From: a virus
Taxonomy: Duplodnaviria; Caudoviricetes
Virus record (IMG/VR): IMGVR_UViG_3300035696_000004
Location: 96,001-160,000 of that record
Direction: 5' to 3' (one strand)
DNA length: 64,000 nucleotides
The translations under genes were made by a program, and so were the position numbers. Under the pieces are notes generated by a model, which was given only the letters and a program-made list of their open reading frames with translations, did no database searches and had not been told where the DNA came from. Below are positions 56,880 to 64,000 of this stretch, piece after piece (the first letter of the stretch is position 1; each line of letters opens with the position of its first letter).

Positions 56880-58173
56880 CTATTTCATTGCAGCCTGCCG
56901 ATCTGAACTCTATCGCCGTAGAGCCTGGGTAATCTCGGCGTTTGCAAAAACATTCGAAGGTCCGGATGCTTGGAAGAAAGACCCGTATCCGTATCGGATT
57001 GTTCAGACCCCGGCGGGTCATTTCTTTATCGACCCTGACAAAGACATGACATTGACCAAACTCGAGGATGCTGATCCAAACAAACCCCCCTTCTATATAA
57101 AGGATAGAATCAAGATTGATGGCCGGATTGTTCCGAACGTCACGAAAGAGATCGAAACCAACTACGGCAATCTGTTGGCGAATGCGATCTTGCTGATCTA
57201 TCCTTTCGGAAAAAAGATCAGTTATCTGGAAGGTCGATTCTCAGCGTCGGATATCGAAAACATCATTCTTCCTCGTTTGAAAGACTCGCCAAAAGAAGGT
57301 GCTCCTCGAAACAACGATGACATTTACGTGGACGAGTATTTGAAGTATACCAATGCTGCTATGTACATTCAGGCGTTCATGCAGCTCTGGTGTCCTGCTG
57401 CCAGTCCAAAGACCATGACACCTCCTCCGGGTGTAGCTGAGTTGAAAGCACGACTCCTAGCGGAAAATAAAGATCACCTGAATGAACCCGCCACGATCGC
57501 CAAGATCATGAAGGAGTTGATCAAGTACGATTCCGAATGGCTGAAGGGTGATATCGCTGAGCGCTTTCTGGCAGACAGCGGCAAGCTTCGCAAGAATGTT
57601 CGGGCGAAGTTGTTCTTGATGCAAGGTGCTGTGGATGGTTTCGAAGATGGTGTTGATGTTTCCTTGATTCGCAACTCTCTGGTGGAAGGTTGGGATGTTG
57701 ACCAGTTTGCGGAACTCAACAATGCTTCCCGGGTCGGTTCGTTTAACCGTGGTGCCGAGACCATGCTCGGTGGCGAAGCTGTTAAGTGGTTGCTTCGTTC
57801 TTCGTCAAACATGGCGGTGACCAAGGATGATTGCGGATCTCGTCTGGGGATGCCTGTTTTCCTCGATGAATCCAAAAAGAAAAAGTACACGGGTTTCAGT
57901 GTCGTGACGCCGACGGGTCACGAGGTATTGAGCGAAGAGAACTTTGCAAAGTATCTCGGCAAAAATGTGCTGATTCGAAGTCCCCAATTTTGTAATCTCG
58001 GAAAGACCGACTATTGCGCGTGTTGTGTCGGTCCGCGATTAGCGGCAAGTCCGACAGCAATCTCGTCGGCTGTGTCGGAATATGGGAGTACTTTTTTGAA
58101 TTTGTTCATGAAGAAGATGCACGGGACTTCTCTTGAATTGGCCCATATGGACTATAAAACGTCCATTACGTGA
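56866..58173 (+). CDS. virion RNA polymerase beta'-like subunit, C-terminal part (phiKZ gp80-like)
   Basis: Bridge-helix-like GGEAVKWLLRSS, DDCGS, RSPQFC, CACCVG zinc site, trigger-loop-like GSTFLNLFMKKMHG. Confidence 0.88.
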   Translation: MKKFDYFIAACRSELYRRRAWVISAFAKTFEGPDAWKKDPYPYRIVQTPAGHFFIDPDKDMTLTKLEDADPNKPPFYIKDRIKIDGRIVPNVTKEIETNYGNLLANAILLIYPFGKKISYLEGRFSASDIENIILPRLKDSPKEGAPRNNDDIYVDEYLKYTNAAMYIQAFMQLWCPAASPKTMTPPPGVAELKARLLAENKDHLNEPATIAKIMKELIKYDSEWLKGDIAERFLADSGKLRKNVRAKLFLMQGAVDGFEDGVDVSLIRNSLVEGWDVDQFAELNNASRVGSFNRGAETMLGGEAVKWLLRSSSNMAVTKDDCGSRLGMPVFLDESKKKKYTGFSVVTPTGHEVLSEENFAKYLGKNVLIRSPQFCNLGKTDYCACCVGPRLAASPTAISSAVSEYGSTFLNLFMKKMHGTSLELAHMDYKTSIT

Positions 58174-58265
58174 GTGGCTGTATTTTACAGCCCTCCCTCT
58201 ATCTTGTAGGTGATGAAGCGCGCGCAAGTACTTGTCACCTACTGTTAACTACTCTGGAGTGCAAT

Positions 58266-59990
58266 ATGACCGATCCCGTTGTTCAAACGAATAGCGAAGT
58301 GTTCGCTGTTCAAGGTGCGACCGATACGTCGACAGTGCAGGTAGCGGCCGCTACCCCTGCTGCGGCTGCCTCTGTTGCGACTGACACCACCCAAACCCCT
58401 GCTGCTGCCGATGCCTCGACTGTCGCAGCTACTCCTGCTACTGATTCGGCAAGCACCACCGATCAAGTTGCTACCACCGCGGCCGCTGCCGCCAGCACGG
58501 ATTCCAGTGCAACGACTGCGGCTACGCCCGCATCGAATCCGGATGCAACGGCGACCGTAGATGCGACCGCGGCGGCTACTCCGGTGGCTTCGCCGGACCC
58601 TACGAGTGCCGCCGATGCGACCACTACCGCATCGGGAGACACTGCCTCCTCGACGGATGCCAGTACTGCTGCGTCGGTAGCAACGGCTACCGATACTCCG
58701 GCTACCGACACCACCCAAGCGGCGGCAGCATCGACTACCGCTGCGCAAACGACGACCGACGCGTCGTCCAGTTCGACGCAAACCGCAGCCGCTACTGATA
58801 CCAGCGGCTCTACGGATGCCTCGGCATCGGAAGCTGACCAAGGGGTATCGACCAGTCCGACACCCAGTAGCGTGCCGGATGTGGAAGGTGTTCCGGATGA
58901 AGCCGAACCGGATACCGATGAAAGCCAAAGCACGACCAGCGCCGCGGACACTGCCGCGGATTCCTCCAACGAACCGGCTGTACCCCAAATACAACCCGGT
59001 TCCGTGGTTGAAACCAGCAGTGATAACGCTTCTTCTGGGGCAAGCAGCGACGCTCCTGATTCTCTTTCTGCAACAGGTGAACAAGTGACTGATGCAAACA
59101 CGACCTCCTCGGCTGATGCTGTGGCTACCAGCCAAACCGATCAAACCGCTGTGGCTGGTGCCACGAGCACGAGCACTGACCAAAGCGCAACGACGGCCAC
59201 CGAACCCGCCGCTGTTTCCGATACCGGGGATACCGCTACCCAAACGAGCGGAACTGATGCTTCGGCTGACGCAAGCGGGGACGCCTCGACCCAAGCCAGC
59301 GCTGATACCAGTACCGATGCCAGTACGGGTCAAGCTGCAACGGGTGATTCCGGATCCGTACAAGATCAATCGGTCGCGGCTGCACCGAGCAACGATGATG
59401 CTGCTGTGCCGACTGCTGCCTCCGGGGCAACCGTGGTAGGTGTCGCCGACGACAGCGAACCCCTACTGCCGGATACGGGTTCGAGCGGTGTCGAAGTCGA
59501 CCAAGGCGATGCAGTGGACGAATCGGAATATCTGTCCGCTGATCAGCTGAGCGATATCAAGGAACAGTTGTCTGCTCCGGCCGCCAACGACCTGATCGTC
59601 ATCCAGGACTACATCGCCACGATGGCACCGGGCATTCCGATGGAAATGCTCGAAGGCTCGCGCCGTCAAGTGCGGTTCTTCCGTGCACTGCTGCACGCGA
59701 TCAACAACACCGATGTGGACTTCCAACTGCTGTTCACGACGATCCTGGGTCTGTTCAAGAAGCATGAAGATACGGTCTTCCAAGCCGGGTACGTGTTCCG
59801 TTTCTACGCGGACATGCCGATGTCGAAGTCCGAACTGATCGCATTCAAGAACATCATCAGCCTGCTGACGAAGACCGCTGATCCGCTCAGCCGTCGTCTG
59901 GTTCTGAAGCAAGTCGACATCGAAAAGGCTCTGTCTCACGGTATCACCGAGCAAGGCCGCAAGAACCTGTTGACGTTCTACAAGCTGTAA
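58266..59990 (+). CDS. protein with long Ala/Thr/Ser/Asp-rich disordered region and a conserved helical C-terminal domain (phiKZ gp81-like)
   Basis: Start 58266 after GGAG; about 420 aa low complexity, then DYIATMAPG...FRFY...NLLTFYKL. Confidence 0.75.
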   Translation: MTDPVVQTNSEVFAVQGATDTSTVQVAAATPAAAASVATDTTQTPAAADASTVAATPATDSASTTDQVATTAAAAASTDSSATTAATPASNPDATATVDATAAATPVASPDPTSAADATTTASGDTASSTDASTAASVATATDTPATDTTQAAAASTTAAQTTTDASSSSTQTAAATDTSGSTDASASEADQGVSTSPTPSSVPDVEGVPDEAEPDTDESQSTTSAADTAADSSNEPAVPQIQPGSVVETSSDNASSGASSDAPDSLSATGEQVTDANTTSSADAVATSQTDQTAVAGATSTSTDQSATTATEPAAVSDTGDTATQTSGTDASADASGDASTQASADTSTDASTGQAATGDSGSVQDQSVAAAPSNDDAAVPTAASGATVVGVADDSEPLLPDTGSSGVEVDQGDAVDESEYLSADQLSDIKEQLSAPAANDLIVIQDYIATMAPGIPMEMLEGSRRQVRFFRALLHAINNTDVDFQLLFTTILGLFKKHEDTVFQAGYVFRFYADMPMSKSELIAFKNIISLLTKTADPLSRRLVLKQVDIEKALSHGITEQGRKNLLTFYKL

Positions 59991-60010
59991 ACCTCGAAAC
60001 ATGTTATGAT

Positions 60011-60066
60011 AGCCCGGTCCCTGCCCTAGGTGCGAGTCACCTAGGGTGGTGATTGGGTTTTTTATT
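60011..60066 (+). terminator. hairpin followed by a T-tract
   Basis: CCCTAGGTG/CACCTAGGG stem and a downstream GGGTTTTTT. Confidence 0.55.
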
Positions 60067-60093
60067 ACTCTATGTAAAAAAAGGGGTTTGACA

Positions 60094-60945
60094 ATGGATC
60101 TTTATAAAACGGTGGCTGGGTTTTTTGTGCGTGGATCCGATGAAAAAGACACGGTACCTACAATGGCAGGTGTTCCGACTGTTGACCCCAACAAGACACT
60201 CGTGGTTGAAAAACCCGCTACCTATATCAAAGCGCCCAAAGCGCCTGATAAGCGGGACAGGATCATCAAACGACTGGATGTGTTTCAGCTGATGCAATGT
60301 TTGCCGATGCCGGAAGAACGTGCCAAAAAGTACTTGAGCAGTCTTAATGTTGCTATTGAAAAATACAGCATCAATACCGCAAAGCGCCTTGCGGCTTTTC
60401 TGGCTGTCATTGGGGATGAATCGCAGAACCTCGAATGCATGACGGACCCAATGAACTATTCGGCTCAAGCTCTAGCTGAGCGATGGCCACAGATGTATGC
60501 GGATCGATTCTCCAAGGCGAATAACAACGCCATCACACCGAATGGTTTGGCCAAGAGCATTTCTGGAACGGCACAACCCATTGCCAATGTGACGTACGCC
60601 GATAAGCTCGGGAACGGCGGACCGAGTTCGAATGATGGTTGGAAGTTCCGACCTCGTGGCCCGATGAAAGTGGTAGGTCGTGCGTTTTACACACACTTTG
60701 CTCAACATCTCGGGGTCGATGTCGTAACTAACCCGGACCTGTTGACTGAACCTAGCTACGGGATGTTGGCTGCTGGGGCGTTCTGGGCTTCGTACGGAAT
60801 GAACTTCTACCTGGCTCACGACCAATTCGAACAACTCTGCTTGGCGATTGAAGACATCAAGGGAGCAGGAGCGGTAAAAGATGTGATCGGGTTAGAGATC
60901 AAACTCGAGTCGTATCAACGTTGCTTGGAAATCCTCACCAAATAG
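60094..60945 (+). CDS. glycoside hydrolase family 19-like protein with degenerate motifs
   Basis: RLAAFLA...DES, NYSA, LGNG...DGWKFRPRG, NPDLL, AAGAFW; start 60094 after AGGGG. Confidence 0.8.
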   Translation: MDLYKTVAGFFVRGSDEKDTVPTMAGVPTVDPNKTLVVEKPATYIKAPKAPDKRDRIIKRLDVFQLMQCLPMPEERAKKYLSSLNVAIEKYSINTAKRLAAFLAVIGDESQNLECMTDPMNYSAQALAERWPQMYADRFSKANNNAITPNGLAKSISGTAQPIANVTYADKLGNGGPSSNDGWKFRPRGPMKVVGRAFYTHFAQHLGVDVVTNPDLLTEPSYGMLAAGAFWASYGMNFYLAHDQFEQLCLAIEDIKGAGAVKDVIGLEIKLESYQRCLEILTK

Positions 60946-60946
60946 C

Positions 60947-60990
60947 GTCATAGGCCTCAGGAGCGTACGCTCCTGAGGTTTTATGCTGCC
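60947..60990. terminator. bidirectional hairpin terminator followed by TTTTATGCTGCC
   Basis: 24-bp palindrome CCTCAGGAGCGTACGCTCCTGAGG flanked by GTCATA and TTTTATG. Confidence 0.8.
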
Positions 60991-60992
60991 AG

Positions 60993-61463
60993 TTAAGGCC
61001 AATACTCGTTTAAGAGTTTGATGCGCACAGCGGGGTCTACAGCCGTATTTCTGGAGAGGAGCTCAATGGCTTTCTCTCTGTCGTAAAACTCATACTTGGA
61101 TGAATCTCCAGCTCTCCCCAAGAGACCTTTGTTTCTTGCCGTCGCTTGTGCTGTATAGAAACGCGTCAGACTTCCGTTGTACCAACGACCATCATCATCG
61201 ACTGCCATCTCTCGTCCTGTGTGATTCTGAATCAATGAGGTTTCGGAGATGCTATCCAGATCAAGCATAATGGCGACTTCTTCGAGACATTCCTTTATAC
61301 AGGCGACTTCGCCTTTGTCTCCATCACGACCACCTCCTGGAAATCCATACCAACCACCGCCATCAACAATCAAAACCCGATCCCCGTAGAAGACAGCGAC
61401 CTCAACACGTTCTCGGATCGCCGTATTTTCCTCTTCTAATGCTGCACGCAATAATGATGTCAT
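60993..61463 (-). CDS. Nudix hydrolase
   Basis: GFPGGG...KECLEEV Nudix-box variant; start 61463-61487 uncertain. Confidence 0.75.
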   Translation of the reverse strand: MTSLLRAALEEENTAIRERVEVAVFYGDRVLIVDGGGWYGFPGGGRDGDKGEVACIKECLEEVAIMLDLDSISETSLIQNHTGREMAVDDDGRWYNGSLTRFYTAQATARNKGLLGRAGDSSKYEFYDREKAIELLSRNTAVDPAVRIKLLNEYWP

Positions 61464-61505
61464 TTCAAACCCCATGAGTTCTATCATAATAGTCTAAACA
61501 GAAAC

Positions 61506-61556
61506 AAAAAAAAAAGGAGCCCTAAGGCTCCCGGACCACAAGACCCTGAGGGGTCC
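61506..61556 (-). terminator. tandem short hairpins followed by a long T-tract
   Basis: GACCC/GGGTC and GGAGCC/GGCTCC stems then T10. Confidence 0.7.
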
Positions 61557-61561
61557 TGTAG

Positions 61562-62209
61562 TCAATTGGGGACGTCAACTTCAACCGGGTCGGTGGCATC
61601 CGGGTCCTCGGAAGTGACGAGAGCCTTATGGGTGCCGCTGACCGCGGGGTTGGTCTGAGCAACACTACCCTGTTGGGGATCCTGTACCGGCCCTTGAAAG
61701 ACAGGCGCCTGCGGAACCATTTGAGCAGGTTGCACCAAATGCGGTTGCTGATATTGTTGTTGTTGGTACATCGCCAGCCGTTGGCGTTGGAGCTCACGGG
61801 TATGGGTCAAGTACTGTGCTTCCTGTACATACCGACCCACACTCGGATCGTAATAGATCCGGGGTTGTTCGGGAGCGTAGTGCACGACCCGTTGCGGAAC
61901 AACCGCCGGGTAGTTCACCGACGTTACGGGCGCCACGTATTGCGGCACCACGTTGTTATACGACGGCGCAGCCACGTTGTTGGGTTGGCTGTTGTTGTTG
62001 ATGATCGGGGTCGGGGTCGTGATGTTGTTGTTCACGACCACGTTCGGCTGTTGGGGTTGTTGGTACTGCTGTTGCTGCTGGCGCTCCATCATGGCGCGCT
62101 GGTAGCCTTCTTGATATCCGGGCTGTTGCCACGCTTGTTGGGGTTGGGAAGCGCAGCCAGTCAGACCAGCGACGAGGGAAAGAACAGCAACAATGAAGAG
62201 GGTTTTCAT
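61562..62209 (-). CDS. Gln/Pro-rich putative lipoprotein
   Basis: Start 62209: MKTLFIVAVLSLVAGLTG-C; low-complexity mature part. Confidence 0.75.
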   Translation of the reverse strand: MKTLFIVAVLSLVAGLTGCASQPQQAWQQPGYQEGYQRAMMERQQQQQYQQPQQPNVVVNNNITTPTPIINNNSQPNNVAAPSYNNVVPQYVAPVTSVNYPAVVPQRVVHYAPEQPRIYYDPSVGRYVQEAQYLTHTRELQRQRLAMYQQQQYQQPHLVQPAQMVPQAPVFQGPVQDPQQGSVAQTNPAVSGTHKALVTSEDPDATDPVEVDVPN

Positions 62210-62273
62210 GATGAGAGTCCTTGGTATTAGACAGGTTACCGGACGACCGAATAGCCGCCCGGAGGATTCATGG

Positions 62274-62798
62274 TCAGTTGTTGTCTTCCAGGAGGTCCTT
62301 GATGTTGTCGACCTCGCCGGCGATGGTGTAGAGCCTGATGTATTCGGAAACGGGAATCTGGGAATCGGACAGGGACTTGAGGGCCTGACGCGCTTGACTT
62401 TCATCATCTTCACGGAAACGACTCGCGTTCGCGGTGTCTTGCGCGAAGAACATCAAGATCGCCGGCAAGCCGACGGCGCCGCTGGTCGGGATTTTCGTTT
62501 CACGCGTCAAATGCATGTAGATCGACAGCCGGCGAGCGATGTTGGTGACGTACACTTCATGCAGATGATTCGTGTAACGTTCGAGCATCACCAGGTTGCC
62601 TAGATGCGTACCGAGCATGATCCCCTTGCGACCGTAACGATCGACAAACTTCACGATCTTCAGCGGTTCCAGTTTGGCGGCGCCGATGGTCACGAGTCCG
62701 TCAAGGTATTCAGTGGCATTATAGTGCTCATCGGTCAGTTCGATGGTGTCCTCGATTTTGTCGAAGAGGGCGGTAAAGAGGGTGGTGACGGTGTTCAT
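62274..62798 (-). CDS. hypothetical protein
   Basis: 174 aa, AAGGA SD, strong codon bias. Confidence 0.7.
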   Translation of the reverse strand: MNTVTTLFTALFDKIEDTIELTDEHYNATEYLDGLVTIGAAKLEPLKIVKFVDRYGRKGIMLGTHLGNLVMLERYTNHLHEVYVTNIARRLSIYMHLTRETKIPTSGAVGLPAILMFFAQDTANASRFREDDESQARQALKSLSDSQIPVSEYIRLYTIAGEVDNIKDLLEDNN

Positions 62799-62849
62799 GG
62801 TAGTTCCTTTATACGGTGTGATAGGAGAGTTCGACTGTGGGTCAATGCA

Positions 62850-63119
62850 TTAATGCAACAGGTCGCTTACTGCAAGAGCCCGACCATTCGGATGGCTCTT
62901 TACCCAGGCAGCATGCTGCTCGAGGATATTTTTCTGGCAGTACGGGGTGTTGGCCGGGTTCCCGAGACCGTAATGGTCCACACGTTCTTTTACGCAGTCC
63001 GCGTACTTCGTTGCGTAACTGGTTTCAAACTGACTCGTGAAGGCTAATACTGCGAGAGCCACAATGGTCAGGAAGACAATGAAGGGGAGCGAAACGGCAC
63101 TACTTTGAGAATGATGCAT
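62850..63119 (-). CDS. small membrane-anchored/secreted protein with two Cys
   Basis: N-terminal hydrophobic helix; C...C pair. Confidence 0.65.
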   Translation of the reverse strand: MHHSQSSAVSLPFIVFLTIVALAVLAFTSQFETSYATKYADCVKERVDHYGLGNPANTPYCQKNILEQHAAWVKSHPNGRALAVSDLLH

Positions 63120-63191
63120 GGTGTATTTCCTTTTTAGGTTGTGTTAGACATTTCTTGAGACGCCCTCGTAAGAAGGCGTCTGGGGAAAGGT

Positions 63192-63899
63192 TTAGTTCGG
63201 TTCAACAGCCTCGGCGAAACCCAGGCTGGCGGCGGCCGTAGCAAAATCCTGACAGTCCGCGAAACCTTCCTTGCCAAATGTCCGGGCATTGCTGCAAACC
63301 AGCTTTGCGGCCGAACCCGCTTCATTGTTGGTCATCGCCAGACCGAGGAACCCGTGATCACCCGTTTTCCGGACCAGGTAAATCGAGGTCTGGAATTGGC
63401 TCGTTTTGGTAGCGATGATTTCCACCGGTGTGCAGGGCTCGTACCCCGACGTATCGGATGCGTAACCGAACTGACACGTCGTTGCTTCGACGTATTCTGC
63501 CGGGAACTTTTCGCGGTGGAGGGCCAGGAGAGCCGGTTTGACGAGGGTCTTCACGGACGACATCGTGGTTTCGAACACCGAGATGAACGCACCGATGCTG
63601 TCGATGATCGGTTGGGAAACGCTGATCACACCGGACCAGAACGACAGGTACCGGATGGTTTCTTTTTCCGGGATCTTGATCGAGATCTGGCTATTGGCAT
63701 ACTCGATTACAATCGGCTCCTGACCGGGCTTGCAGGTCGGCGTGTAGATGCCTTTGGTGAGGAGTTCATTCACGATTTCGAAGGCATCGTCAGCGATGTC
63801 AACATCGAAATCAAAACCGCGCAGGATGTCGGTCAGCTGGCAACCAATCTTGCGGGCTGCTTCAAATTCGGAGAGTTCGATAACGATTTTCATGATCAT
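63192..63899 (-). CDS. hypothetical early protein
   Basis: 235 aa, AAGGA SD, directly downstream of the early promoter. Confidence 0.7.
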   Translation of the reverse strand: MIMKIVIELSEFEAARKIGCQLTDILRGFDFDVDIADDAFEIVNELLTKGIYTPTCKPGQEPIVIEYANSQISIKIPEKETIRYLSFWSGVISVSQPIIDSIGAFISVFETTMSSVKTLVKPALLALHREKFPAEYVEATTCQFGYASDTSGYEPCTPVEIIATKTSQFQTSIYLVRKTGDHGFLGLAMTNNEAGSAAKLVCSNARTFGKEGFADCQDFATAAASLGFAEAVEPN

Positions 63900-63944
63900 T
63901 CCTTTATGCGTTTATTAGACAACAAGAAAGACAGGATAGCATGA

Positions 63945-63995
63945 TTGCTACTCAATGTCAATCCAGTTATATAGGTTTGAGATATTCTGGAATCG
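63945..63995 (-). promoter_or_regulatory. extended early promoter element, copy 3
   Basis: CGATTCCAGAATATCTCA-N4-TATATAAC-N5-TGACATTGAGTAGCAA. Confidence 0.75.
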
Positions 63996-64000
63996 CGATT

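Noticed and set aside
43951-58173. Introns or inteins in the DNA polymerase and RNAP subunits
   Set aside because: Both ORFs are continuous, with no intein or homing-endonuclease motifs seen
1-64000. Stop-codon reassignment
   Set aside because: Genes end at TAA, TAG and TGA with normal lengths and tight packing under the standard code

Overview
The window is a 64-kb segment of a phiKZ-like (Chimalliviridae-type) jumbo phage genome, mostly encoded on the minus strand. No rRNA, tRNA, CRISPR array, integrase or transposase was seen. Left (1-8.8 kb): early accessory genes including a DHH phosphoesterase, a GNAT fusion, thymidylate kinase and a lipoprotein. 8.9-25.8 kb: a lysis-like trio and an elaborate tail-fibre/receptor-binding cluster. 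25.8-43.9 kb: conserved phiKZ-like baseplate and inner-head genes. 43.9-46 kb: one half of the split family-B DNA polymerase. 46-52.7 kb: an early operon of small genes, including RNAP alpha-CTD-like and ribosomal bL12-CTD-like domains. 52.8-61 kb: a macrodomain, baseplate assembly genes, a virion RNAP beta' subunit, a long low-complexity protein and a degenerate GH19. Right end: Nudix, a lipoprotein and more early genes. The most novel-looking feature is a proposed hierarchical adsorption apparatus. Two of four phiKZ-type adaptor paralogs carry a C-terminal extension resembling the P2 gpI fibre-docking tail, two fibres with P2-gpH-type N-termini follow them, and several free-standing tip proteins (two of them C1q-like paralogs of the long fibre's own tip) share an MT(Q/S)A leader. 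Other highlights are a 51-bp tripartite early-promoter element in three copies and a family of hairpins followed by TATG. All family assignments come from motif recognition by eye; no searches were run. A Burkholderiales host is a weak inference from the accessory gene types.
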